A stretch of DNA of 64,000 nucleotides from Guillardia theta CCMP2712 (lineage: Eukaryota > Protista > Cryptophyta), in the NCBI RefSeq assembly GCF_000315625.1, contig NW_005434657.1, positions 908,130-972,129 of the forward strand, in the 5' to 3' direction. The translations under genes were made by a program, and so were the position numbers. The notes beneath the pieces are model-generated. The model was not told where the DNA came from. It did not search any database and was given only the letters and a program-made list of their open reading frames with translations. Shown here piece after piece: positions 27,479-39,812 of this stretch; within the stretch, counting starts at the first letter, position 1; every line of letters starts with the position of its first letter.

Positions 27479-30165
27479 AGGACAGAGGAGAGCAAGACCA
27501 GGACAGAAGGGAAGAATGAGAGTGGGAGAGTCGGACAAAGGCAGAGCAACCAAGTTATCGCGAGACTTGGAGGTGTGGCGTCACCCACCACGTTGACTCG
27601 CTCGCAATCTGCAGGCTATCGTATGAACTGTGTGTCAGTCATCTTTGGTGTATTGGCTTCATTCTTTCACTTCAAGACTGTTCTTCGATGGCACCTGGTT
27701 CAAGCTCCTCTCTCTCCATCGTCCTTGACGCGTATTTCCTCTCAGGGCTTGTACCATCCCCGGGGCCCAGACAACCCTTGGATAGGATCTGCTTGGATCG
27801 CGATGCTTTCTTCAGGGCTCATGTCGTTTTGTCCGTTGATCTGGCAATACAGCACACATACCGAGGTAAATCTTCTTCTAATTTTCGACCTCTTGTAATT
27901 GATGGGCAGGTCTTCGCGATGAACAACATGTTCATCGCCATTCTCCTATACCTCACTGTGCGATATGTGCAAGAATCGCAAGTTAAGTTCGCAAGGTACC
28001 AGGGGTTATCGTCTTTAGAATCAGAGTTAATTTTCGGAGAATAGATTAGGCGCACTCTTTATCGGTCTTGGCTTGACCAACCAGCACACCCTCGTCCTCT
28101 ATGCCTTTCCTCTAGTCCTGTGGATGCTGTACATCGGTAGACACGAGGTATGCGCGCCATGCCAATCTTTTCTCTGGCTTTTTCTTCGTTCTTTACCTCG
28201 CCTCTTGATCATTTGTCCTGACGATTTCACCAGCTGCTAAGCTTCAAAGAAATGAGCATCTTGGTGCTGCTGGGGCTGCTGGGACTTTCTCCTTACCTCT
28301 ACCTCTTCTGGGCTGCTACTCACGGTTGGTCTCTTCCTCGGCGAGAGAGCGACTCATAGCGGCTCGCAGCTCCTCTTGGCTCGTGGGGCGACACCTCCAC
28401 TCTCAGCGGATGGCCGGCAGTTGGTTTCTGGACGCACTTTCTGCGCAAAGAGTATGGGACCTTCGCCTTGTACTCGGGGAAGGAATCTCCAAGTGGACTT
28501 AAGCAGCTGGTCTCGTGCTCGTCCTCGTCCTTGCTCCCATCCTTTTCTGATGCTTATCGTCCCCAGCTTGCTTGCTTCCAAGATGACCTTATCATAGCCT
28601 CCACCCCTTGAAAGCCGGCAGTTTCAAGTTTCTTGCCTGACCTGATTGCGCAGCTCTTGGCGATGAGGCTCTACTCGCTCAGCATCTTTCGCTCAGACTC
28701 TCTCTTCCTCGGTTTCGCTGCTCCCTTCGGCTTGTTTTCTTCCGTCTACCAGGTGAGGGAGAGGCGAGTTATTGGGAACGTTTGATGCAGTGGGAACACA
28801 CTTGCAAGGAGGCAAGGGAAGGACGAGGGGAGGGAGGGTCGAACACATTGGTGATAGACTTTGATGGTCTGTGTGACAGAACGGATTCAAGACGTTCGGG
28901 GCAGTGATTGCTTCTATGATGATATTTTACATGGTTGTGTTTCACTACCTCGCCAACCTCCCGCTTGACAGTGAGCGAATCCTTGTTGTCCGTCTCCTAT
29001 TGCTTGCCCTCTTCGGCCCTCTCTCCCGTCTACTCGCTTTCCTGGTCGTCTCATCGTTTGGCTCAGCCTACTTTTCCGCTCCTTGACCCTCCTCTTCCCT
29101 CCTACTACCTGCTTTAGCTCTTCTTCTCCACTGCAGCCTTTGCATGGGAGTATTGAGCGCTGCTTGTTCACTCAGAACCGCTCTTCTTCGGCGTGCACGT
29201 TCGCTTCTGGATGCAGCCGCACATTGTGATGCGCTAGCTTGCCCACCAAGAGCTGAAGAGATTCATTAGGTTGTCTTCGCTTTCCTCGGCATCGGCGCCG
29301 ATAAGATTTTTTCTCATCTTGGGAGTTTCCGGCGGCCTGTCGTCATTCTCTTCACCCTAGCAGCAGTCACTGCTCAGCTGGGGGTCAACTGGGAGAAGAT
29401 GGATCAGAGTGACAACTGGTTCACACATGATTTTGGCAAAGCCATGCTCGACCATAGGTAGGGTCATGCTGGAGGAGAGGCGGAGGGAAAGGGAGAAGCA
29501 CAAGGAAGAGGATCATAATCAAGTTCAGGCCGGAGCACGCGGTTCTGTTGACTCAAGGTGACGTGGTAACCAACTCCGTTCGCTACCATCAGGAAGAGAA
29601 GGCGAGATATGTCAAAGTGTCTGTTGACGGTTTTGTAGAGATGCCAGAAGTACCGACTTGATGTTGCACATCTTGACATGCCAATGATGACCTACGAGTG
29701 GTTCAAGGTTCTTGCCCTCCCCCCCGTTTCCTCCTCTTCTCTCAGGCCTCCTCGCCACCACTTCTCGCTTCCCAACGTTTGCTTCTTGCATCTTCTTTCA
29801 AGTCCCCTTCCTTCCTGCTCGTTATCTTCAAGCCCACTCCCATCCCTCTGCTTGACTGGATTGTATTTCTCCCAGACCATGCATGGCCCTCACTTTCCGC
29901 ACCCTCCATGGGCTCCTCCCATGAAATTCCCTGGTGCTTTCTCTCCTAGTCTGTCTGGTCGTGTCATGACTGTTTTTTTAGGAGTTCAATTTGCTGTGGG
30001 TGGAACCCCGCTCAAGGAGCATAGGTGAACTTTCCTTTGCTCCTCCCGCACTTCTTCCTCCTTACAATCACTCAGGAAATGCTGTCCATATTCGATGAAG
30101 CAGTTTCTTGACGCCAACTTCCCCTCGAAGTACTCCTTTGGCTCCTGCTCCTGTTCTTTGGCTCA

Positions 30166-30202
<37 letters not shown>

Positions 30203-30213
30203 TTCGCTCTTGT

Positions 30214-30244
<31 letters not shown>

Positions 30245-31539
30245 TTTTTCTTCTGGACTACCTGCAACTTCAACACTATTGTACCTTACTGCACCCGCTT
30301 CTCTATGTCTTCCTAAGCTTTCCTCGTGCTTTTCCTGCTCGTCTCTTCCCTTTCTCTTTGCTTCTACTTCCCCTCTGAGCGGGAACGGCAGAAGACCGTT
30401 TTATCTGGTGGGAGGATGGTACGGCACTGAATTGTCGAACGGGCAGGTCGCACCTCCACCTTATGTTCCTTGCGTGACCTTGGTCCTCAGCAACCTCCTG
30501 GAATTCCTGGGTACTACACTGAGCCTGTGGGGACGGCTATGCGGATTATAGCAGGGAGGAAGCGACTCAAGAGTAAGGAGTACAAGGAGGAGGTGAACAG
30601 TTATCCCTTGTCCTTCCTCTCCTGCTCGCCCCTTCGAATCTCTGCGGCTGTTTGTGATCGCCTCGAGCAGACTCGAAATTTCACGATTCCAGCGAGGCTA
30701 CCGGACATGAAGAAATACGACCAGACGTCATGGGAGGCAAGGAGCAGCCCCAACTGCTTGCAGCTCATCTTGTTGTTAGTACACCATACTCGTCAACTAC
30801 ATCAGCTACTCCCAGGCTCTCTGGGTAAACAGGATGGAGCGAGCAGTCGCCAAAGGCAAGGAGGTAAGGGAGTAGGAAAGGAGGAAGTGAAGGGGACGGC
30901 CTGAACGAGGAGCAGCCGGACCCTTCCCCGTGGATCAAGGAGCAGAAGGAACTTGCAAAGGTCATCAAGAATCTCGAGAAGCTCATCGCGCTTGCTGAGA
31001 AGGTTCGCCGAGGCTCCTCCATCGGTTGTCTCACTTCATGCAGGAGGGGATCGTGGAAGAAGACCTGTACCGCAATACAGGTCCTCACCGTCCTCTTCCT
31101 TTTTCATCCTCTTGTGAATCAGCTGCTGATCTCCTTCCTTCCTCTGCTCCAGCTTGTCCTCCTTCAGCTGATGTTGGCTGACAGGCATTGCATATGGAAG
31201 ACTCAAGTGTGAAGAACCAAACCTGTATCCCAAGGTCGACTGCCTCGGACAGGTTCTTCCTCGCAACAAAGCTCTAGTCCACTTTCTCTCTCGCCTGGTC
31301 CTGTTTCGTTTTTTCCTCTTCCTCTACTGCCTCTGCTGGCTCCTAGAAGCTGCCATGCTGACGTCCAAGGGGCAGACGAAGATGCGAGCGATGATGAAGA
31401 AGTTTCTCGAGGTGACCAAGAAGCCCAAGCATGAAACACAAAACGAAAAGGTCGACCTAGAATTGTTAGTGCGGGAGGAGCTGACAGCATGATGCAGCTT
31501 GTGGTTGACAATCCGACGAAATTCATCAACCTCGGTTGA
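26926..31539 (+). CDS. TMEM260: TMEM260 / DUF2723 protein O-mannosyltransferase-like membrane protein, many exons
   Basis: PTVAG|[31 protein letters not shown]|[51 protein letters not shown]. Start and end inferred. Confidence 0.85.
27393..27475. repeat. (GA)n microsatellite in a TMEM260 intron
   Basis: About 40 GA units read directly. Confidence 0.95.
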
Positions 31540-31632
31540 CAAAGGCAAAACTTAATGTTGTTGATCCTCTTCATAAAAGCAAAATGTAATCAAATAACAA
31601 ATAACTTTCTGTCTTCTACTTGTACAACGGCG

Positions 31633-34215
31633 TCATCTGCTGCCCGTCATTTTCTCTAGACACTCTATCTTGGCCTTCGCCATTGCGAGTTCGCTCTCGT
31701 AGAACTTGCGCAACTCCTCAGCTTTCATTCGTTCCGCATGGAGCTCTTGCTCGAGTCCAAAATTATGCGAGAGAGACAACGCCTTCATCTCCTTCCGCCG
31801 CAGTGCCGTCTCCTTGTTTTTCTTCTTCTCATCTCGCAACTGATTCACCAGCACGTCGATCTTAGCCGATAGCGACTCAACTTCCTTGGCTTGGGACGAG
31901 GAGAGGCCCTTCAAGGCAAGGATGTGTTGGCTCTGCTTTTCGAGTGACAGCTCCAGCTGAGTCTTCTCACTCTCGGTCTCGGCAAGTCTCTTCTGCAAGA
32001 CAGTGACAGCAGCCAGCAGCTTTCTCGGGGACATGCTCTTCAGCTCCTCCATGTGAATCGCAGACAGTCCAGAATTGTTCCTGCTCGAACGTTCTGCAAG
32101 GAGTTCAAGCCCTTCGAACGTGTACTCGCTGGTGTTGGGGGACTCTGAAGATGAGGATCGATTTTCCATGCTCGAGCTAGCGAGAAACAGAGGATATTCG
32201 ACTTCGACACTTGACCTCGTCACTTCTGGTTGCAGTTGAGGACTGGGAGTTTGAGGGGAGAAGCTCTGCAGCAGGTCACTGACCGCATCAACGTTTCCTC
32301 CGAAGGGAGACTGAAGAGAGTCAGGACTGGTGGACGACTGCAGACTCAGAGGAGAAGAATTTCCACTCAACTGAAGCGCAGAAATCCCGCCAGCAGCTTC
32401 CCAGGAGTTATTCCCCAAGCTGTCTCGACGTGTCACGTCCCACTGCCATGGCTTGACTGGAGCTCCAACGTGCGAGGCACCATACTGCTCTTCGCTTGTC
32501 CTCAAGTCGGAACTCAAGTCGGAAGCCTCAAGCATATTTGATCGGTATCCACCACCAGAGGTGCACAGAGTAAGCCCCATCGTTGACTTCTTGTGGGGCA
32601 TTTCATTTGAAACAAACAAGCCCACCATATCCGGGGCACCGAAGTTGCGAGAGGATTCTTTTATCTCCTTCTGCTTCAAGTTCAGATGGCAGTGCATTAC
32701 CCGTCTCATCGAGGGACTGTTGCGCAAGGGACTGCTCGGATCGCTTATTTGACGCTGAATCTCCTCTGCAATCTGCAACGGAGACAACGACATGAGCCCG
32801 TCATCTTCCGTCAAAGAACTTATGGACAGCTCTACAGAAACACACCCACGCTTGTCCTCTTGCATGGCAGTCACAGAAAATCTTTTTGAGGTACTCGAGA
32901 CAGCACCAGCAATGTCAGATAAAATTCTAGATTCCATACGAAATCTCTCCTTGGCATCGTGAGAGTACTTTTCCCCAAAGGAAAGCGTGCAAGAAACTAT
33001 TCCAGTCATGCCCACGCAGTCACGAAATCCACCTTCCTTCCTGACATCTGAGGGGCTGTTTGATGATGAATCTTTCATCATGCATCGAGCAAGCAGTAAT
33101 TCTTCTGTCGGAGATTTTGGCCGAGTTTGATCAACATCTTCCATGTCATGGTTTACTTGTGTTGATCTTTCTCGATCTTCTTCAGAAAGGTTGCAAGATG
33201 GAGCCCAGCGATTTTGTGCCTGAGATATTTGCTTAATCGAATGATTCTTTCCATCCGTAGTAAAAATTTCTCTTTCTTCGACCATACAAATTCCCCACGG
33301 CCTGCTCAGCTTTGGCTCGTGGACTCGAGATCCTGGCTCCTGTCGCCCTACGAGTGTATGCACGAAGCCATGTCGTGTAATGCAGCGAATGGAGTCATTG
33401 CGGGAATCAGCAACAAAGATATTTCCCTGCTGATCACAAGCGATGAAGCATGGCTCATTGAAGGTCGCTTGAGACGCTTCCCCATCTCTGTGACCACATT
33501 CACCAGTACCGGCGATTGTCGTCACTGAGTTTGCAGCAAAATCAACTCTTCTGATCTTATGACTCTCTTGTTCAGAAACAATCAAAGTGTTCGTCAGAGC
33601 ATCCCAAGCTAAACCGTATGGGAATGAAAAGGAGGCATTAAGCAAGGTCCCATCGCGACTTTCCCCTTCTCCACTGCCAGCCACAGTCTCAAGAAACATA
33701 TCTTGTGAGCGAAGGCGCCGAATTCGGTGGTTTGAGCTGTCAGCTATATACAAGTCTCCATGTGGATCGAATGTCAGTCCGCGTGGCCCATTCAATCGAC
33801 CTGATTCATGACTTCCGTCTTGGCATCCTCGCCTTCCGCATCCAGCTACAACGCTGATATCCCATAAGCCCGAAGACCCACGACTAAGAGCTGCCACCAC
33901 ATGCGATTTGCAATACGAGACAAAAACTTCTCCGGAGGCATTCAAAGTAAGACCTCTGGGTTGTTCGAGTTCAACCTTGTACTGAGAGCATGCGAATTGA
34001 AGAGTTTCAATACAACCGTCCTCAGATACTGTTTTGATGCAATTGTTTCCGGCATCGGCCACAAGCATCAGCTTTGCTCCATAAGAACGCAAGCAGCATA
34101 TCCCTGCTGGTCTCTTGAGCTCCTGTTCTTTGCCATCACCATGGCTGGATCCATCAAAAAAATTCGTCACTGAGATCTGTCCACTCATAGACATGATCAG
34201 TTCTTTTGCAATCAA
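31633..34215 (-). CDS. NHL-repeat (beta-propeller) protein with C-terminal coiled coil
   Basis: 860-aa ORF with repeated PxGL...LYIADSSNHRIR units, an S/P-rich linker and a heptad C-terminus. Confidence 0.85.
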   Translation of the reverse strand: MIAKELIMSMSGQISVTNFFDGSSHGDGKEQELKRPAGICCLRSYGAKLMLVADAGNNCIKTVSEDGCIETLQFACSQYKVELEQPRGLTLNASGEVFVSYCKSHVVAALSRGSSGLWDISVVAGCGRRGCQDGSHESGRLNGPRGLTFDPHGDLYIADSSNHRIRRLRSQDMFLETVAGSGEGESRDGTLLNASFSFPYGLAWDALTNTLIVSEQESHKIRRVDFAANSVTTIAGTGECGHRDGEASQATFNEPCFIACDQQGNIFVADSRNDSIRCITRHGFVHTLVGRQEPGSRVHEPKLSRPWGICMVEEREIFTTDGKNHSIKQISQAQNRWAPSCNLSEEDRERSTQVNHDMEDVDQTRPKSPTEELLLARCMMKDSSSNSPSDVRKEGGFRDCVGMTGIVSCTLSFGEKYSHDAKERFRMESRILSDIAGAVSSTSKRFSVTAMQEDKRGCVSVELSISSLTEDDGLMSLSPLQIAEEIQRQISDPSSPLRNSPSMRRVMHCHLNLKQKEIKESSRNFGAPDMVGLFVSNEMPHKKSTMGLTLCTSGGGYRSNMLEASDLSSDLRTSEEQYGASHVGAPVKPWQWDVTRRDSLGNNSWEAAGGISALQLSGNSSPLSLQSSTSPDSLQSPFGGNVDAVSDLLQSFSPQTPSPQLQPEVTRSSVEVEYPLFLASSSMENRSSSSESPNTSEYTFEGLELLAERSSRNNSGLSAIHMEELKSMSPRKLLAAVTVLQKRLAETESEKTQLELSLEKQSQHILALKGLSSSQAKEVESLSAKIDVLVNQLRDEKKKNKETALRRKEMKALSLSHNFGLEQELHAERMKAEELRKFYESELAMAKAKIECLEKMTGSR

Positions 34216-35061
34216 AAACCACGATGGTGAAAATTTGACAAGAGAGCTATACTGAAATATTTAACATACAGAAAGTCGGAGACGAAAATTAATCGTGAAG
34301 CGAGGTGGAGAAAATGTAAATATTTTCGACGAGAAGAAAGTTGTTACACCAATGACTTGTGAATCTATCGAAACTGTTCGAAATGTCAAAGATTAAATCT
34401 GATCTCAATGGCAACTTTCCGTAGTGTAAAAAACAAAAAAGTCTGCGCGTACACGCCAAGGTGAGAGCCAGAAGCTGATTGGAGGTCAAGAAAGATGTAG
34501 CCAAGCGCAATACGAAGCACGATCAAACCAAGAAGAGGATGTGGCAGAAAGCGGGAACAAGAGAGAAGCTGAAGCTGTCGAGCACAAAGGGAAAAGCGGG
34601 AGAAGCGGAAGATGATAGCCGCCTACAATACACTCTGCTCACAAACTCGCATATGCATGGTTCAGGGACGGTTATGGAGGGACTGGTCAGGGTTGGGTCA
34701 TCGATTGTTGGATATAGTACCGGTCTTCTGAGTTTACAAAGTAGGGGTACGACGGTTCAATCGATATATTTTCAGGGGGTGGGGGTGGGACATAACTGTT
34801 CGGTTTCAAGAGCTCCTCTCTGTTGATCTTGACTATAGCTACATTGACTACAAGCCTGCCTCGTCACAAGGCAAGCTGTGCACGCAAGTACGGGGTCATA
34901 TATCACTCAAATGTCTTGATTTTGGGGGTGGGGTAATCTTCTATAAAAAAAAAGTTGACGATTGAGTTCAATCGTCGTTTGACTATACATGTGTCGAACA
35001 ACTCGTTATAGTCAAACAACGGGCCTGCCTCGCCGGAGACGGCTAACAGAGTCAAAAAATG

Positions 35062-35134
35062 CAACCCTGACGAGACTCGAACTCGCAATCTCCTGATCCG
35101 AAGTCAGACGCCTTGTCCATTAGGCCACAGGGTC
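35062..35134 (-). tRNA. tRNA-Arg, anticodon TCG
   Basis: Reverse strand reads GACCCTG TGGCCTAATGGACAAGGC G TCTGA CT-TCG-GA TCAGG AGATT GCGAG TTCGAGT CTCGT CAGGGTT G. This is a 73-nt cloverleaf with A/B boxes, followed by a T6 Pol III terminator. Confidence 0.95.
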
Positions 35135-36386
35135 ACGTGAAGAGACCAGAATCATCAGAGTTTATATACACTCGCTCTTTCAAGACCCACACATAAGCCA
35201 GAGGGTTGCAGGGACACCCCCTATTTTGTTGGAACACCCCACCCTTGACATGTCCCGTTCTTCGTCACCCCATGCACTTCCTTTCAGATCCAACTACCCA
35301 CCCTTTGGTAATGTCCGACCCACCCCTTTCAGGACGCAAACCATTTGGCTTAGTATTTTTTTAGTAGTATATCCATAACCCCCCTCTCTGTTATGGAAGT
35401 CATGATTAGGGTGCCTCTAGGACCGGTAACGCCATCTCTTTTCATGGAAGGGGTAGGGTCCTCTACATGGGTACCTGAGATCTTTTGGTTGGTTTCAGCA
35501 GGGTAGGGTAGAACAAGATAGGCATGGGCTGGAGGGGTGGAGAGGAGAGAGGATGGACTATGGAGATGGGGGTGAGGGTACCACTGTACTACTCGTCTGT
35601 TGTAATTGGGGATGGGGTGGTTCAAAAAGAACCCTGGGCATATTTGAGGGGTACGGATACCTGTACAGACACCTCCCATGGGGGGTGGGGATGTGGTAGG
35701 GGACAGTCAGGTGCGATAACCATGTAAGAGGAGGAAAACGAATCCATGAATAGTGTAGAAAAGGAGAATCGCGAGAGTTTAGATGCAAGATAACAAGGCT
35801 TGATCTTATTAGCAATGACCTGGATGGATTCTTATATAGTAAAACACTAGATGACAAAGTGCATCCAATCAGGCTGCAGAGGGTTTATTTCTGGCCCACA
35901 TTTGCAAAAACAGAATGTTCAGGATAACCTTGAATAGCATACTAAGTCAAGATCGATTCTCAGGAGGTTCAATTCAAAGAGCTTATGTTCAGTGCAATCA
36001 GCTGGAGTCGAAGAATTCATGTTTACTGGAACAGGTTCATCTCAGAAATCATCAGAGCATCATAGTTAGACAGCAAATGAGAACTTATCGTGTTGAACAT
36101 GGATGTAACTCAAACGTACATGAAATATGACAGAAACTTGAGTCGAAAATAAGTTTTGAAGAAGTAAGGGCAGAGTGGAGGTTGAACCTGTTTTCATGAT
36201 CGATTTCGGTCTTGTTAAAAGAGCATGAGGTTGCGAGTGGACTGACTTATCAACAACAGCGTATGCATTGAACACTGGCTGAGTTGCTACATTCAAAAAA
36301 TTCTATGAATAATCAGCGACATTAGGTATGCAGACTGTATGGTTCTAATCTCTTGTCTTATGGTTCTTGCAGAACCTGTTGGGACC

Positions 36387-39027
36387 ATGAAGCTCAATCT
36401 TTTCTCAATTTTAGCTGTGTTATGTTGTTTTGATAAGTCTCTTGCATTTACGGGATCATTTGTTCAATCGCCATTGCAACGAGTCGTTTTGCATAAATCT
36501 GCCTGCAAGGTGCGATCAGTTTTGTTCCTAGTGGTTCTCTTATTCGATTCATTGGTCAGCTACAGCACATACGTGTTTATTCTCAGCGAGCAAATGTCGT
36601 CTGCAATGCTCAACCTTTGAAAAGAATCAAAAGCCTTTTTCGATCGGAAAAGAAGCAGGTGGTTTGCATATGCTTGACTTGAGCACATTGAATCTTCGAT
36701 TTTTATCACACAGCCCGAGGTAGACATAGTCGTACCGACTTTTTTCCCGCAAGCGGAGCGAATCATTGCAAGTATGGTTGCTCCAAACGAATTGATGCAC
36801 TTCTCACATTCTCTACAGTTGGTGATGTCCATGGCGACGTGGATGCTCTGCATGAATGCTTGAAGGTCACGATAGTTCGGCAGTTGATTAATAGGTTGTT
36901 GAATGTTTTCTTAATTCCAGGTTGCAAATCTAGTAGATGATGGATGGAATTGGATAGGAGGAGCTGCACATCTAGTGCAGGTAAGAATCCATTGTTGGTG
37001 CTCTCTTCATTTCCGAGCAGGTTGGCGATATTCTTGACCGGGGAATGGAAGAGCGAAGGTTCATGGCTAGAGATGTTTCTAAACAATATTGATGGATGTA
37101 GGGCAGATGTCTGCAGTCCTTGTTAGATTTGAAGCAAAAAGTTGGATTACGCCTTACGGCTATGTCTCTTCTAAAAACTTTTCAGGCGGCAGATGCGGGG
37201 GGAGCTGTGCATGTGCTCCTGGGAAATCATGAAGTATCTCTTTTGAAGTACTGTTCTCACATTAATCAGTGTTGATCGTAGGTTATGAATGTAGATTTGG
37301 ATTTCAGATACGTCTCGCCGCGAGAAAATGCATGGTTTGGCTGGGAATTTTTGGACAGAAGACCCAAGAGTGGTAGCATGTTGGTAAACATCGCAGACGA
37401 GATTTCGGCAATCAGTGAGACTTTCTCACGGTAGTCTACCATGGAGAGATTGACTTGCGTGGCCATAGGATTTCCGGCGTACATGAGAGAAAGAGTGTAT
37501 GCTTTCAGGCCCGGTGGTGGAGCGGCTCGTTGCTTGTCCAAAATGCCAATCGCCATACAAATAGGGGATTCTGTTTTCGTTCATGGAGGTTTGAGATTGC
37601 AGCATGTCGAGTATGGTCTGGAGAAGTTGAATCAGGAGACTGCGGTTCGATCAAGTCCTTGATATCTTCTCAAGCTCATCTTGCTCTCAGGCTTGGCTGT
37701 ATGGAAGTCCACGGTATACGAATTTCCCCAAGGTGCTCCTTTCTACCTTGTTGCTGTAGAGCATGACAAATAAGCTCAAGCCAAGAATGATCGACGATAT
37801 CAACTCGCCTATCTGGTCAAGAATTTATTCTGTGCCTTCTCCAAAGCGAGATGCCGAGGTAAGATTTGTTGCTATTTAAATGTTGGATCTTGTGGTTATG
37901 ATTTTGTCTTGGTAGCTGGAGCTTGAACAAGTACTCGAGAAACTAAATGCAAAGCGAATGGTAGTTGGCCATACTCCGCAGCTTCGTGGGATAAACGCGT
38001 TTGTAACTCAGAACGGATATGAGGTAACTTGTTTTCATGCATTCTAATGTGACGAGATTTAGGTGTGGAGGACAGACACGGGTATGTCCCAAGGGATGAT
38101 GTCCGGCCCTATCGAGTGTCTGGAGGTAGATGAATAGGTCGATGGTTTGACCTCCTCACGACCTGTCAGATCCTCGAAGATGGGAGGGTACATGTCCTCA
38201 CCCAAGCTGGAATTGTTCCTGCCGCAATGCGCATGCCCGAAGCTGGTGGGACTCTAGGAAATCTTGAGTTCGATGTCCTTGACTTCTACGACAGAAGGAG
38301 AGTTCATCAATGTTTGTGATGTTGACAGCGGAATTTGTACCCCGATGCCGGTCTGTCCAGAAGAATTCAGTTTGTGGTGGGTTGGTGATTGGAGATGAAC
38401 AGGAGGAAGTCATGAAGATTCAGCTCAAGGAAGCAGCAGCAGCAGACTTTTCTGAAGGGCTGGTTGTGGATGTCGTCAATGCCCAGGAGATTGTGGCCAT
38501 AGGTCCAGACGAGGCACCGCGAAATCTTTTAGAGAAGAAGGACAAGGTAGGCAAAGATGCAGGTTTGTCTGAGATAGTTGACTCTTTGCAGGCAGAGATC
38601 GAAGTCCTCAGAACGCTGGATGATAGTTCAATGCCAACGGAACAGGTGAATTCTAATTATCAAAGCATAAAGCGCTCACTTGTGACGATGCAGAGACTCA
38701 CTTTCCTCCTTGAGCGCCTAATTGCGGATGCTATCAGACGTGAGGACGAGACTTTGACAAAGGTTCCGTTTTCCTGGTGACAATTCTTGTTTTGTGCTGA
38801 TGCTTACCGCAGAAAACTGTCAAAGATGTGCTCAAGAAGGTGGTTGGCACGCAGATAGTTGACGATTACGCCGAGTTCATCGGCAAGGAGGTGAAGCTGT
38901 GGTGAGATGACTGCCGCTTGAGCTGATGATGAAGTCCTAGGTGGATCGCATCATCTCTGATGATGACCCCGAGTATGGCAAGTACGTTAATCGTATCTTG
39001 GAGAAATATGGGACGCTTGTGAAATAG
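36387..39027 (+). CDS. Shewanella-like protein phosphatase (SLP, calcineurin-like phosphoesterase), probably plastid-targeted, multi-exon
   Basis: Signal peptide ending SLA-F then an S-rich transit-like stretch; motifs GDVHGD, GDILDRG, LLGNHE|VMN, VFVHGG, SPIWSR, RMVVGHTPQ, DTGMS. Joining of the 38310-39027 exons as a C-terminal extension is inferred. Confidence 0.8.
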
Positions 39028-39583
39028 GAGAAGCAGCCTCCTAAATCTGAAATGCAGTTGCGAATGAATGCTTGGTGGCAATTCGTATTCCCGCTTCCTT
39101 TGGTTTGCCTTTCACTCGGCTCCCTCTGCCTCTCTTGCTCAGCTGTTCTAAGGTGGGGTTTAGTTCTCAAGTAGATCTTTCTGTAGAAACTGCTGTGAGG
39201 ATTCAAAAGTAAGAAGGGAACACTCATCAAGCGCACATCTGCCGCAACAGACTGAGCCGCAGTGTAAAGCACATGAGGACGGGTAGAGACCATGAACCAA
39301 TGCTAGCTGGGCAATGCAGAAGTATTATGGTGTGCGACTGAGGCTCAGGAAGCACAAGGGAGATTGCAGAAGTAGAAAGTAGAAAAGGTACAGCAGAGCA
39401 GAAGCACGGCTGCCGTAGGGGCCAGCCAAGTCGGGCCGAATTGCCGAATAGGTAGGCTGAGGCGGGCTCACGAAGTTACAAGGAACTTGGCTGCAACTTC
39501 CGGTCAAGGTTTGGTATAGTTTAAACAGCTTCAAGTTCTAAGTATGGTTCTTCAGTATGATGAAAAGTGTTCGCAACATGCTG

Positions 39584-39606
39584 TTTAGGGTTTAGGCCTA
39601 AACCCT
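39584..39606. repeat. Interstitial telomeric repeats, head-to-head (TTTAGGGTTTAGG/CCTAAACCCT)
   Basis: Perfect 20-bp palindrome AGGGTTTAGGCCTAAACCCT at 39587-39606. Confidence 0.8.
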
Positions 39607-39629
39607 TCCTTGATGATATTGGAACGCTT

Positions 39630-39812
39630 CTGTCTGCTATGATGTCAACGAATGCCTTACTCCGTCTGCACCAACACGTACGGGGGCTACGAATGCTCTT
39701 GCAACGCCAATTTCTACCTGGACGCGTCCGGAATATGCGATCGCTGTCCAGCAGGCATGACTTCCAGCATCGGATCGACTTCGATCAACCAGTGCTTCTG
39801 TCCGCCCATCAG
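39630..39812 (+). pseudogene. Fragment 1 of a Cys-rich protein (Ca-binding EGF-like plus GCC2/GCC3-type repeat)
   Basis: CYDVNEC / CTNTYGGYECSCNANFY..CDRCPAGMTSSIGSTSINQCFC; frameshifted and truncated at both ends. Confidence 0.7.
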
